A DNA stretch of 64,000 nucleotides from a virus (taxonomy: Duplodnaviria > Caudoviricetes): positions 16,898 to 80,897 of the IMG/VR virus record IMGVR_UViG_3300033062_001341. One strand, given 5' to 3'. A program made the translations under genes and the position numbers. How positions within the stretch are numbered: position 1 is the first letter of the stretch; each line of letters opens with the position of its first letter. Of this stretch, positions 48,611-59,178 are shown piece by piece. The notes beneath the pieces were generated by a model. The model made no database searches. It saw only the letters and a program-made list of their open reading frames with translations, and had not been told where the DNA came from.

Positions 48611-49708
48611 TTAAATACATCCATTAGGGTCTGATGAAGTAATCTGTCCTAATCCACCTGTTACTTGGTACCAAGCGGTTCCATTAGAATAGAATCCATT
48701 AGGTACTACATCTGTAAGAGGTCTTCCTGTAGTTTCGTATAAGTATTCACCTACATTAGGCCCTACACCACCTGCGATAGACCCATAAATTGTTTGAGGG
48801 GAAGCACTAAACGCTAAACAAGCGTCGTTAGCCGTTGCTCCTGTACCTAAACTATATGTGTACCATGCAAATGTTTGAGTTGGAGTTTGAGTTACCGTTG
48901 GTGTCGGTGTTGGAGTACTTGTTGATGTTGGAGTTTGAGTTGGGGTTGGCAATGAACTACATAAATTGAATGAACCAATTACCGCGCCAGTACTATTCAA
49001 TTCAATTACTGACAATTGGTTACTATAAAAACCTGACATATCACTTACAACAACACCTGAAGGGTCATTGTAGAATTGTGTATTGTTATCAAATATAGGA
49101 AACAAACCATATAATTCTGTTTGTACTTGACTGGTTTCACATGCCTCATTCGAAGTTGCTCCCGATGTCACATTGTAGAAAACTTGTAAAGGTGATGTTG
49201 GAGTTTGTGTTGGTGTTACTGATGGTGTATCTGTTGGTGTTTGACTTGGTGTAGACGTATTCGTTGGAGTTGGTGTTGGTGTTTCTGTGTTAGTTGGTGT
49301 TCCTGTTGGAGTTGACGTTACATTAGGTGTTCCTGATTGAGTAACTGTTGGTGTATTTGTTGCAGTTGGAGTTGGAGTTGAAGTTGATGATGGTGTATCT
49401 GTTGGAGTTGGCGTTACCGTTCCTGTATTAGATGGAGTTACACTTGGTGTTGGAGAATTACTTGGTGTAATACTCACTGTTGGTGTCGGTGTTGGAGTAA
49501 TACTTAAAGGTGGAAATACACCCAAATCAATTTCAACAATACTTGTTGGAAATGCAGTTGAGTAAGTATCGTTTAATAACCAAATGTTTTTTGTTTGGTT
49601 CGGAGTCAACTCAACTTGGTATTCCCACATTGCGTCGTCGCATCTTTGATAATTAAAGTTCACAATTGTTGAACCCGTATTCGTTAGTGTATATTTGCTA
49701 CATGCCAT
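48611..49708 (-). CDS. Thr/Pro-rich mucin-like surface protein with two Cys-bounded modules
   Basis: Long (TP/SP)n tracts, Cys-containing N-domain, repeated E/DAC...GFYSN...C modules. Confidence 0.7.
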   Translation of the reverse strand: MACSKYTLTNTGSTIVNFNYQRCDDAMWEYQVELTPNQTKNIWLLNDTYSTAFPTSIVEIDLGVFPPLSITPTPTPTVSITPSNSPTPSVTPSNTGTVTPTPTDTPSSTSTPTPTATNTPTVTQSGTPNVTSTPTGTPTNTETPTPTPTNTSTPSQTPTDTPSVTPTQTPTSPLQVFYNVTSGATSNEACETSQVQTELYGLFPIFDNNTQFYNDPSGVVVSDMSGFYSNQLSVIELNSTGAVIGSFNLCSSLPTPTQTPTSTSTPTPTPTVTQTPTQTFAWYTYSLGTGATANDACLAFSASPQTIYGSIAGGVGPNVGEYLYETTGRPLTDVVPNGFYSNGTAWYQVTGGLGQITSSDPNGCI

Positions 49709-49776
49709 CTTAAATGTTATTTACTAAATAAATACTACGAATTATTCTAATTTTTTGTAGAATTGGAAAAATGTTT

Positions 49777-50172
49777 TTACGAACCTGATGTCGTTGAAGT
49801 ATTAGTTGGAGTTGGTGTCGGACTTTTAGTTGATGTTGGAGTTAATCCGATTGTTACTGTTTGAGTTGGAGTAACTGTTGGAGTTTCCGTCATTGTTGGT
49901 GTTAAACCAATTGTAACTGACGGTGTTGGTGTAGATGTTGGTGTGGATGTTTGAGTTTGAGTAGGTGTTGGACAAGGTACGTCTAACACGTAGTTAAATG
50001 CATAAGTTGGAACATAACAATCGTAAGTTCCATACCAATAATCAGTCTCATAAGAAAATGGAAAAGTTTGTTGACCCAAATCAATTGTTCCACCGGAACA
50101 AGGATAAAAGGTAACATTGGTAGTTAAACCATTTAAATTATTACTAAAAATTGATATACCACAGTCAGACAT
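49777..50172 (-). CDS. Thr/Pro-rich mucin-like protein
   Basis: Start trimmed to MSDCG; C-terminal half is TP repeats. Confidence 0.65.
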   Translation of the reverse strand: MSDCGISIFSNNLNGLTTNVTFYPCSGGTIDLGQQTFPFSYETDYWYGTYDCYVPTYAFNYVLDVPCPTPTQTQTSTPTSTPTPSVTIGLTPTMTETPTVTPTQTVTIGLTPTSTKSPTPTPTNTSTTSGS

Positions 50173-50200
50173 GATTATAAATACTTTATAAAATTGTTTT

Positions 50201-50761
50201 CTAAAAACAAATACCTGTGTCAATCACAAGGCCATTATTGACATCAAATTGTACCCATATAGCACCATCTGAAACTATATTACCATCAAAAACAGGTGGA
50301 ATTGTTAATGCAGCATTTCCATAAACATAATCACCAGGCTGTAACGCTCCAAAAGAAACTACACTATAAAAACTAATATTAGATGGACCATATCCCGCCT
50401 CTGAACAAGCATCTTCAAAATATCCCGAACTCCACAAATTATACACAGGAATGAGTGTTTGAGTCAAACTTGGAGTTAATGTTGGTGTAGGTGTTGGCGT
50501 TTGAGTTATATTTGTTGGAGTTGGAGTTGGTGTGAAAGATGGTGTTGGAGTAACCGAAGGACACAATCCAACAAATGCAATTGTAAGAGGAGCACCATAT
50601 TCTTCAACTATCGGTTCTGTTAAAGAACAAACAAATACCGATTGAAGAGGGTCAATAGGGGTAACACTAACAATGCCAGTACAACCAGTCCAAGCATAAT
50701 ACCCTTGTTGAACGGTGTTATAGTTTGTTATCTTAAAGTAGTTACAGTCTGTTGTATACAT
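50201..50761 (-). CDS. Thr/Pro-rich protein with Cys-bounded module
   Basis: Cys-rich N-domain, TPTP linker, EDAC...GDYVY...W...C module. Confidence 0.65.
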   Translation of the reverse strand: MYTTDCNYFKITNYNTVQQGYYAWTGCTGIVSVTPIDPLQSVFVCSLTEPIVEEYGAPLTIAFVGLCPSVTPTPSFTPTPTPTNITQTPTPTPTLTPSLTQTLIPVYNLWSSGYFEDACSEAGYGPSNISFYSVVSFGALQPGDYVYGNAALTIPPVFDGNIVSDGAIWVQFDVNNGLVIDTGICF

Positions 50762-50763
50762 TT

Positions 50764-53700
50764 TTATAGTCCGTATTTGGCTTTATTGGCGTTATAATTT
50801 TGTAGAATTTGTGATGCGGTCAATGCTGAACTATAGATTCTCACAATACCCATTCTACCGTGTAACCATTGAGGGGATTGACCTCCATTGAATGTCCCTA
50901 AATATAAAGGGTTTATTGTGTTTCTTATACTTCCAAATACATGAGAGTTGCTTCCAACTAAACTACCATTTCTGTAAATGGCTATTGAATTACTTGCAAC
51001 GTTTGTCCATACACCCACAAATTGATACCATGTATTAATACTTAAACTTGCTGTTGGAGACGCAACTGATGTTCCTCCGTTACCCACTTCCATGAAAACA
51101 TTACCAATAGCCTGTGTTCTTAAACCATATCCCCAATCAGCAGCATTAATACCATCAGTTTTTCCAATGAGAACATCATTACCTAAAACTGATTGATTAA
51201 CCCAAAACTCAATAGTCCAATCCCCACTACCTGGCTCCAATAAAGCGTTGTCCGCAACACTAATTTGGGATGATGTACCATTATATGTAAAGTAAGGTGA
51301 TGTGAATGTAATGTTAGACATTGTTCCACTCAATCCATTACCCGATAAATCGTTGATGGTTGTACCAGTACCTGGATAACTTGAAGAATTACTTGGGTCA
51401 TAATACAATACGATATTACTTGTTACTGGCACCGCAGGTGTTGAAGTTGGACTTGGCGTATTAGTATTGGTTGGTGTACTAGTTTGAGTTGATGTAACAG
51501 TTGGTGTTGCAGTTCTAGTTGGTGTGACCGTTGGAGTACTTGTTGATGTAGGTGTAGGTGTTGGTTCCACATATCTCGGAGCTAAAAAATTATAGTTTTG
51601 TAAAACTTGAGATTCGGTCAAAGCAACCGTATATGCTTGACACACCCCAAGACCTCCGTTGAGGAATAGTCCTGATGTAGGACCTCTTCCAATAAACATT
51701 GTTGTTGCGGAATTTAATGTATTTGTATTAGTAGTTCCTGAAGCTACTTGAACCCCATTTACATAAAGAACCACAGTACCAGTTGATTTCACTCTTGTTG
51801 CCGTGACATTATACCATAAACCATTATTGTACGTTAAAGGGGATATAATCGTTGTATCAGGATTTCCGACACCAAACATTAATCTTCCCGCTCCGATTGT
51901 TAAACCAAAATCATTTGCAAGTGTTCCAATCTCACAATCCATTAAACCAATTCCATTATGCCATTGAACTGCAGTTCCTGCGTTTGACGTTGTTCTGAAC
52001 CAAACATTTAATGTAAAGTCATCTTGAACTGGTCTTGTAATTGATGTAGATTGATTGGTACCATTGAAAGTCAAAATACCTCCGTAGTTTGAACTATATG
52101 TTGGTGAGTTTAATAATGTTGCATTATATGTTGCACCCCCACTACCAATGTTAGTCCAAGTACTTCCTGAACCAGGGTAACTACTTGATTGTCCCGCATC
52201 TAAATTAACAATTAATCCTGTTTGTATAATATTTGGTGATGGAGTTGGTGTTACTGTTCTTGTGTTTGTTGGAGTTTGTGTTACAGTATTAGTTGGAGTC
52301 TGGGTAATCGTTGGTGTAGCAGTTTGACTTTCTGTAATACTTGGTGTAGGAGTTTGTGTTACAGTTGCAGTAAGAGTAGTTGTTGTGGTAGGTGTCTGAG
52401 TTTGTGATGGAGTTTGAGTGTTTGTTGGTGTTTCAGTATTAGTTGGTGTATTAGTTGGAGTCTCGCTCGGAGTGTTTGTTGGTGTTTCAGTATTAGTTGG
52501 TGTATTAGTAGGAGTTTCCATTGGAGTGTTAGTCGGAGTTTCGGTATTAGTAGGAGTGTTAGTTGGTGTCTCTGTCGCAGTTTCGCTTGGAGTATTTGTA
52601 GGTGTTTCTGTTTGTGTTACAGTATTAGTTGGTGTATTGGTAGGAGTTTCGGTTAGAGTGTTAGTAGGTGTTTCCGTTGGTGTTTCTGTTTGTGTTACAG
52701 TATTAGTTGGTGTATTGGTAGGAGTTTCGGTTGGAGTGTTAGTAGGTGTTTCCGTTGGTGTTTCTGTTTGTGTTACAGTATTAGTTGGTGTATTGGTAGG
52801 AGTCTCTGATGGCGTTTCACTTGGAGTATTAGTCGGCGTTTCTGTATTAGTTGGAGTGTTAGTCGGGGTTTCACTTGGAGTTGGTGTTTGAGTTTCTGTT
52901 GCAGTAGGTGTTAATCCAATAGTAGCGCTTGGAGTCGGTGTCTGAGTTTCTGTTGGAGTATTAGTAGGTGTTTCTGTGTTGGTAGGGGTTTGAGTTATCG
53001 TTTCAGTTGGGGTATTAGTTGGCGTCTCTGTGCAGGTTGGTGTTGATGTTTGAGTAATACTTGGAGTTGGCGTTAATGTTTGAGTGACACTTGGAGTTGG
53101 TGTTTGAGTTTCTGTTGCGGTTGGTGTTAATCCGACAGTTGCCGTAGGACTTGGAGTCAATGTTGAAGTTGGAGTATTGGTTGGTGTTTCGGTATTTGTT
53201 GGAGTGTTGGTTGGAGTCTCGGTATTGGTCGGAGTATTTGTCGGTGTTGGTGTCGGACATGCATATAATTCATAACCTAAATCATTACAAGGTAATGATA
53301 AATAAATTAAGTCATTATTAGGAATTATTATTCTACAGTTAGGACAATTGGGGTCTAGTAAATTATATCTGTTTTTTAATATTCTAAAGTTGTGCGCAAT
53401 TTGACCAGCATCTAAAGGCTCAGTATACATTCTAAATGCACTAACATCACCAATCATACTACCACCAAAAATTTCTTCTAAACGTATTTGAGTTGTTAAA
53501 CCTGAGTAGGTTGTGTTGTCTAAATCATTTGTAGTCAAACATTCAGGGTCTTGTTGATAAACTATCTCATCAACCGTATCAGGACATCCCCCTGAGAAAG
53601 TTAAGTTATCATGCAGTCCTTGAGTTCCACCACCTAAAGAGATATTATATGCAACTCCAATTTGTTTTTCCTTTTGAACATTTAAAAGTCTTGGAATAAT

Positions 53701-55188
53701 TTCTTCAAAGTTTTCAATAACCATAAATAATTTTCCATTAACGAAAAGTTTTAATGTACCGACTCTAAAAATTTCTTCAGCGAACCAATCATTATTAAAA
53801 CTTACAACCTCAGTTGTTGCTGGTTCGTAATCTTTTTCGTGTGTTAGTGGAGGAGTGACTAAACTTAAACTATTGTTGGCAGTTGTTGCGGTATATTGGT
53901 CAGAAACTATTAAACCTAAACCACCCAAGTTCCATAAGTCACATTCATCAAAATATTCCCTTCTTCTAAAGACTGCGTCAATTTGAACCCAATGTTCGAC
54001 ATTAGGGTATGTTGTATGAACACAGTCATCAAAGATTCCTCTTGTTGAACACCACTCGTTCACTGAAGTACCTGTAACAAATGTTTGTCCTGTAAGACAA
54101 GTTCCTGTAGACTCACAATGTCCTGTTAAAGTATATGTCTTAACACACAATCTTGGATTACCGGTATCACCACTAAGTCTAATCGACATTGCATTTGATA
54201 CACCATCATATAATGGGTCTTTTTCAGGGTATTCGGCCTTTGTTGTACAATTACAAGGACAACCGCATGAACAATTTGTTGAAGTAGTCCCTGATGGTTG
54301 ATATACTTGTAAACAACTATTGGAAGCCGTAATACCTGTTTGCTCGCACTCACAAGTGTGCATACAAGTCAAACCCGAGGTTACTCTTGTATAACCAGTA
54401 TCTTGTTTTGGATGACCATCAGCATAGTGATAGAATTTATTCTCAGCTCTAGCACCCATATAAAAGAACGTACCCTTATTTTTAGGGTAACGACTATTCA
54501 ATCCAACTGAAGTATCTCCTGTCCATCTATATTTTAACATAACCTCAGCAGTCCAACCTAAATTAGGTCTTTCAGGGAAAATTTCATAATTATAACCCGG
54601 CATTTTGTAAAACCCTTGAAAGAATCCTCCATTCAATCTTGCAAAATAACCAACAGAGTCTCCATTGGTTGCATAAGATAAATCGTATGAGTATGAGTTA
54701 TCATTCCACAATCTATTTTCAGTTGTGGTGAAACCAGTGATAGGGTGCATTTTCATTCTCCTATCGTATTTGTATCTACTATAAGTGTCTGCTGACGTTG
54801 TGTATAAACCTGTAGTCAACTCAATTGTTTCACCTGACATTTTTTTAACAAGTCCGTTATCGATACCGGTTAATCCAACGTCACACAATTCAGTTACTTG
54901 AGGACAAAAGTTGGGGTCAACATCTAATGGATTCCAATAGTTTTGAGAAACAATTGTTTGATAATCAAAAGAACAAGAACCCGATTGACATAACGTCGTT
55001 GCGGTATTGTTAATATCAAACTTAAACGGCATTCTATTTCCATCATTCTCACCAATTAATAAAGGTGAAAAAATCACTTCTTGGTCATAACTTTTTTCAT
55101 CTGATGCTAAACAAATGTCCGTGATTTCGTTCACGGGTAGTAGACCCCATCTCCTAAAATTATATTGATTAATATTTTGGTATGCCAT
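50764..55188 (-). CDS. Large fibre/adhesin-like protein: Cys-rich N-region, mucin-like stalk, two LamG/ConA-like domains
   Basis: [13 protein letters not shown]...FNG and [13 protein letters not shown]...YNG LamG-type repeats; ~340 aa TPTNTPT stalk. Confidence 0.75.
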   Translation of the reverse strand: MAYQNINQYNFRRWGLLPVNEITDICLASDEKSYDQEVIFSPLLIGENDGNRMPFKFDINNTATTLCQSGSCSFDYQTIVSQNYWNPLDVDPNFCPQVTELCDVGLTGIDNGLVKKMSGETIELTTGLYTTSADTYSRYKYDRRMKMHPITGFTTTENRLWNDNSYSYDLSYATNGDSVGYFARLNGGFFQGFYKMPGYNYEIFPERPNLGWTAEVMLKYRWTGDTSVGLNSRYPKNKGTFFYMGARAENKFYHYADGHPKQDTGYTRVTSGLTCMHTCECEQTGITASNSCLQVYQPSGTTSTNCSCGCPCNCTTKAEYPEKDPLYDGVSNAMSIRLSGDTGNPRLCVKTYTLTGHCESTGTCLTGQTFVTGTSVNEWCSTRGIFDDCVHTTYPNVEHWVQIDAVFRRREYFDECDLWNLGGLGLIVSDQYTATTANNSLSLVTPPLTHEKDYEPATTEVVSFNNDWFAEEIFRVGTLKLFVNGKLFMVIENFEEIIPRLLNVQKEKQIGVAYNISLGGGTQGLHDNLTFSGGCPDTVDEIVYQQDPECLTTNDLDNTTYSGLTTQIRLEEIFGGSMIGDVSAFRMYTEPLDAGQIAHNFRILKNRYNLLDPNCPNCRIIIPNNDLIYLSLPCNDLGYELYACPTPTPTNTPTNTETPTNTPTNTETPTNTPTSTLTPSPTATVGLTPTATETQTPTPSVTQTLTPTPSITQTSTPTCTETPTNTPTETITQTPTNTETPTNTPTETQTPTPSATIGLTPTATETQTPTPSETPTNTPTNTETPTNTPSETPSETPTNTPTNTVTQTETPTETPTNTPTETPTNTPTNTVTQTETPTETPTNTLTETPTNTPTNTVTQTETPTNTPSETATETPTNTPTNTETPTNTPMETPTNTPTNTETPTNTPSETPTNTPTNTETPTNTQTPSQTQTPTTTTTLTATVTQTPTPSITESQTATPTITQTPTNTVTQTPTNTRTVTPTPSPNIIQTGLIVNLDAGQSSSYPGSGSTWTNIGSGGATYNATLLNSPTYSSNYGGILTFNGTNQSTSITRPVQDDFTLNVWFRTTSNAGTAVQWHNGIGLMDCEIGTLANDFGLTIGAGRLMFGVGNPDTTIISPLTYNNGLWYNVTATRVKSTGTVVLYVNGVQVASGTTNTNTLNSATTMFIGRGPTSGLFLNGGLGVCQAYTVALTESQVLQNYNFLAPRYVEPTPTPTSTSTPTVTPTRTATPTVTSTQTSTPTNTNTPSPTSTPAVPVTSNIVLYYDPSNSSSYPGTGTTINDLSGNGLSGTMSNITFTSPYFTYNGTSSQISVADNALLEPGSGDWTIEFWVNQSVLGNDVLIGKTDGINAADWGYGLRTQAIGNVFMEVGNGGTSVASPTASLSINTWYQFVGVWTNVASNSIAIYRNGSLVGSNSHVFGSIRNTINPLYLGTFNGGQSPQWLHGRMGIVRIYSSALTASQILQNYNANKAKYGL
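52240..53260 (-). repeat. Mucin-like (TPTN/ETP)n coding repeat including a 78-bp tandem unit
   Basis: GGTGTTTCTGTTTGTGTTACAGTATTAGTTGGTG... starts at 52601, 52679 and 52757. Confidence 0.9.
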
Positions 55189-55240
55189 AAACTATTGATA
55201 AATACCTTATCAGCTAGTATTTATAGATTAAAAAGAACAG

Positions 55241-56056
55241 ATGTTAACTGTAAACCAAGAATTTTATTCATCACCGTATTATTTTTTCCTCAAAGAAGGT
55301 AAAGATTTTTATTCTTTATACCTATCTGCAGAGGAAACTATAACTGAAGCCAGAGATAAAGATATTATTATTAAAGTACCAAAATCAAAACTTGAGGCTG
55401 TAAAAAAATATTTGGAAAAAGTTTTAAAAACTAAGAAGAAAAAATCTACAAAAGACCTTAAAGGGGAAATTGAAGAATTAGTTAATATGGATGGAGCCTT
55501 GTCAAACTCTTCAATTCCTATCTTAGACCCAAAACTTCACCCGAAGAAAACAATGGACCAAACGATTGCTGCCGCAAGAATTACTAATGACCCAATCTCT
55601 CGTGGATATAGAACATACTATGGTGAGTCTGTTGAAGAATTTACTGAAGAAGATATGTCAGGTGCCTTTGGATATGAAGAAACGAAGGATTTAGATGGTA
55701 AAGAAACTTTTGATTACTATGTTGACAAGTTAGATATGTCTCCTGAGGAGGCTGTTGATAGAACAAAACAACAAGGTAAAGACCCTTCAGGTAAAAAAGA
55801 CAAAAAATCAAAATATAAGAACGACAAAAATTTCATTGCAAAAATGACAATTTCTGAAATTCAAAAACAAAAAATGATTAAGGTGGTTGAAGAAATTTTA
55901 ATGGGTAAAAAAAGTTCTTCAGATAACGCCGATGTTACAAAAAAAGAAGTTGAGGTTTCTAAAATCCTAAAGAAAAATTTATCTTCTTTGAAGAAGCAAG
56001 CTGAAAAAGAAGGAATATCAATTACTGAGTTAATTAAATTAATGAAGAGTGAATAA
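55241..56056 (+). CDS. Hypothetical protein, charged
   Basis: 271 aa; TATTTATA upstream. Confidence 0.55.
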   Translation: MLTVNQEFYSSPYYFFLKEGKDFYSLYLSAEETITEARDKDIIIKVPKSKLEAVKKYLEKVLKTKKKKSTKDLKGEIEELVNMDGALSNSSIPILDPKLHPKKTMDQTIAAARITNDPISRGYRTYYGESVEEFTEEDMSGAFGYEETKDLDGKETFDYYVDKLDMSPEEAVDRTKQQGKDPSGKKDKKSKYKNDKNFIAKMTISEIQKQKMIKVVEEILMGKKSSSDNADVTKKEVEVSKILKKNLSSLKKQAEKEGISITELIKLMKSE

Positions 56057-56525
56057 AGATTTATACAATAATCCCAAAGGAGAAATCGAGTTTCCGAAAG
56101 ACAAACAAGACCATATGAAAAAATGTTTTCATATGGTTAAGGGTGCTAACGAAAATGTTGAGGGATTTAAACGAAATCAAGAACTTCAGAGTAAAAACTA
56201 TATTGACTACAAACAATTAAAAAGAATTAAAAACTTTTTTGATAACTTTAAAGGAAATCATAAAGACCCATCTTTTATATTAAATGGTGGTGTTGAAATG
56301 AAAAATTGGGTTAATGATGTTTTAAGAAAAATGAGACAAGGTTTAGATTTAACCAAAAGAAATAAAGCAGATACAGGTATGATGAATCAGTATATTAAGC
56401 CACATGAGAAAAAAGATTTCACAAATGTGAGAGCTTCTCAGAAACATGCATCTACATTACAAAAGTATGATAGTGCAGTAACTGAGTCATTAAAAAGAAT
56501 AAACGAACTAATTTCTAAATTATAA
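56049..56525 (+). CDS. Hypothetical protein
   Basis: 158 aa, overlaps the previous stop. Confidence 0.55.
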   Translation: MNKDLYNNPKGEIEFPKDKQDHMKKCFHMVKGANENVEGFKRNQELQSKNYIDYKQLKRIKNFFDNFKGNHKDPSFILNGGVEMKNWVNDVLRKMRQGLDLTKRNKADTGMMNQYIKPHEKKDFTNVRASQKHASTLQKYDSAVTESLKRINELISKL

Positions 56526-56529
56526 AAAC

Positions 56530-56823
56530 ATGGCACTAGAAATCGCAGTTGATTTAACACAAAACGAACCAAACGCATTGACAGCTATCGCTGACATAGA
56601 GAGAGCTAAACTTATCCCAAGAAATGATTACAACGAAGCCGGTAATCCTTATTCATCTGTAAACCGTGATGCACTTGCTGATGGTGATGCTAAGGGTAGA
56701 GGCACAGGTGTTTACTTGGATGTATACAATGTAAATGCAGGAACCGTTACTGATGTTGCTGAAAGAAAAAACGAGATTAAAATTAATAAATTTAATTCAT
56801 CAAAAACTTACCCTAACTTCTAA
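56530..56823 (+). CDS. Hypothetical protein
   Basis: 97 aa, tightly packed. Confidence 0.55.
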   Translation: MALEIAVDLTQNEPNALTAIADIERAKLIPRNDYNEAGNPYSSVNRDALADGDAKGRGTGVYLDVYNVNAGTVTDVAERKNEIKINKFNSSKTYPNF

Positions 56824-57272
56824 TGAAGCTACAAGAATCACTTAAAGGTTTAATTTGTGAGATTGCTTCTATCGATTCTGTTAGAAGGTCAATTGAATCA
56901 AGACAGGTGGTATCAATGTACTACGATGGTGATGAGCCAGGTGGTAGAGGTATCCGTGAAGTTGAGCCTGTAGCCTTAGGTAAGAGTAAAGCGGGAAACT
57001 ATGTAGTTAGAGGATGGGACAGAGAAGGTTCTTCTCATACCGCATATAAAGGTGAGCAACCTCTACCAAGTTGGAGATTATTTAGATTGGACAAAATCCT
57101 TTCTTTTAAACCAACTGGTGAGATTTACAATGAACCAAAACCGGGTTATAATTTTAATGGAGATAAAAGTATGGTAAGTGTTGACTTAGTTGCCAAGTTT
57201 GATAACCAACAACCTCAAGAAACACAACCAACACAAGAAACACCAACACCTACCCCAACTCCACAAACTTAA
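56823..57272 (+). CDS. Stand-alone WYL-domain protein
   Basis: SIESRQVVSMYY...REVEPVALG...VVRGW...WRLFRLDKI. Confidence 0.75.
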   Translation: MKLQESLKGLICEIASIDSVRRSIESRQVVSMYYDGDEPGGRGIREVEPVALGKSKAGNYVVRGWDREGSSHTAYKGEQPLPSWRLFRLDKILSFKPTGEIYNEPKPGYNFNGDKSMVSVDLVAKFDNQQPQETQPTQETPTPTPTPQT

Positions 57273-57278
57273 TATATT

Positions 57279-57911
57279 ATGAACGAAAATGATTTAATGA
57301 GCAGATTAGTGGCATCTAAAGCCATTATGGACAACCCAAAGTTTGCAAAAACAAGAAATAGTATGAATGATGGATTACCTCCAACATCGTTACAGGAATT
57401 TGATATGCCACAGGCAAAATATAATATCCCACAGGAATTTTTACAAGAATCACAACCTGTAAATCAACCATATCTTTCTTCATTACCAAAAGAAAATACA
57501 AAGCCAGTCGGAGTTCCTACGGTTGATGCAATCAAAAACTCAAAACTTCCTGATGAAATTAAGAAGTTGATGATGGAGCACCCAATTGCTCAAGCACAAC
57601 AACAACAAACCGCAACACTATCTAATGAATTAATTGAAAAAGCAACAAGACTAATGAAAGAAAATGGTTCGGGATATGTGCCAGAATCTGCAAAACCAAA
57701 ACAAGTACAACAACAATCTCAATCTAATAATACATCATCACAAATTGACTACAAATTAATTAAGAAGATGATAACTGAGGCAGTTAATGACGCTCTTGCA
57801 GAAAACGGATTGATGGTCGAAAGTACTGAAAGGTCTAATGAACAATTCACATTCAAAGTAGGTAAACACATTTTTGAAGGTAAGGTAAACAAAATCAAAA
57901 AAACTTCTTAA
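57279..57911 (+). CDS. Hypothetical protein, Pro/Gln-rich
   Basis: 210 aa. Confidence 0.55.
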   Translation: MNENDLMSRLVASKAIMDNPKFAKTRNSMNDGLPPTSLQEFDMPQAKYNIPQEFLQESQPVNQPYLSSLPKENTKPVGVPTVDAIKNSKLPDEIKKLMMEHPIAQAQQQQTATLSNELIEKATRLMKENGSGYVPESAKPKQVQQQSQSNNTSSQIDYKLIKKMITEAVNDALAENGLMVESTERSNEQFTFKVGKHIFEGKVNKIKKTS

Positions 57912-57966
57912 CTACTTTTCTTATTTGATATAAAGTATTATATTTTCTCAATATAATATAAAACTA

Positions 57967-59178
57967 ATGTCAAAAATTAAAGTACTAGTAATCCCATCCG
58001 ATAGAACAGGTGTGGGCAAATTTAGGTCTGTAGACCCCCACATCTTTTTACAAAATTTATACCCTGATGATTTCCATGTAGATATCGTTTATGATGTTCC
58101 TATGACGGATATGAATTTTTGGAAGGAATATCAAATTGTTGCCTTCCATAGAAGTCTTAATCCTGATTTTGAAGCATCTCACGCATTAATCCAAAAACTT
58201 AATGATATGGGTATTGTTACTATTGACGATATCGATGACTATTGGATGCCGACTAAAGAACATCCAATTCATGATGTTATTAGATTTAATAAGATTAATG
58301 ATAAAATTACTGCAAACCTTAAGGTTGCAAAATACGTAACAACGACTACGACAATATTTGCGGATGAAATTAAGAAGTTAAATAAGAACGTTATTATTTT
58401 TCCTAACGCAATTAATCCAAACGAACCTCAGTTTAAAGAACCAACACCAGAATCTGATAGATTAAGAATTGGTTGGTTAGGTGGTTCTTCTCACTTACAC
58501 GATTTACAACTATTAGACCAATCATTCAGTAAATTAACTCAATACAAAGATAAATTACAATTTGTTTTATGTGGTTTTGATACTAGAGGTTCTGTAACTG
58601 AAATCAATCAACAAACAGGAGAACATAAGAAAAGAGATATTCTTCCTCACGAAACTGTTTGGGCACAATACGAAAAAATATTTACACAAAACTACACAAC
58701 TGTATCTGAAGACTATAAAAAATATTTGAATACGTTCACACCTGAGGGATATCCAAATGAAATGAACGAACCATACTTAAGAGTATGGACAAAACCTGTT
58801 CAATCTTATGCGAAGAATTATTCAAAATTTGATGTATCTTTGGCACCAATTAAAAATCACATCTTTAATAGGATGAAATCTCAATTAAAAGTTATTGAGT
58901 CGGGATTCTATAAAAAAGCAATTATTGCTTCTAATTTAGGTCCTTACACAATTGATTTAAAACATTGTTTGGACAACGGTAATTTTGTTGATGGAAACGC
59001 ATTATTGGTTGATGAAAATAGAAATCATTCTGATTGGGCAAAATTCATTGAAAAATTAGTTAAGAATCCAAACATGGCAAAAGATATGGGTGAAAGATTA
59101 TATGAGACTGTTAAAGACACATATGATTTAAATGTAGTAACAAAAGCAAGAGCAGAATTTTATAAATCAATCGTATGA
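57967..59178 (+). CDS. GT-B (GT4-like) glycosyltransferase
   Basis: DIDDYW, PNAI, RIGWLGGSSHLHDL, FDVSLAP...KSQLKVIESG. Confidence 0.75.
   Translation: MSKIKVLVIPSDRTGVGKFRSVDPHIFLQNLYPDDFHVDIVYDVPMTDMNFWKEYQIVAFHRSLNPDFEASHALIQKLNDMGIVTIDDIDDYWMPTKEHPIHDVIRFNKINDKITANLKVAKYVTTTTTIFADEIKKLNKNVIIFPNAINPNEPQFKEPTPESDRLRIGWLGGSSHLHDLQLLDQSFSKLTQYKDKLQFVLCGFDTRGSVTEINQQTGEHKKRDILPHETVWAQYEKIFTQNYTTVSEDYKKYLNTFTPEGYPNEMNEPYLRVWTKPVQSYAKNYSKFDVSLAPIKNHIFNRMKSQLKVIESGFYKKAIIASNLGPYTIDLKHCLDNGNFVDGNALLVDENRNHSDWAKFIEKLVKNPNMAKDMGERLYETVKDTYDLNVVTKARAEFYKSIV

Noticed and set aside
52414-52891. + strand Val/Gly-rich ORFs
   Set aside because: Antisense shadows of the Thr/Pro repeat in the 1474 aa gene
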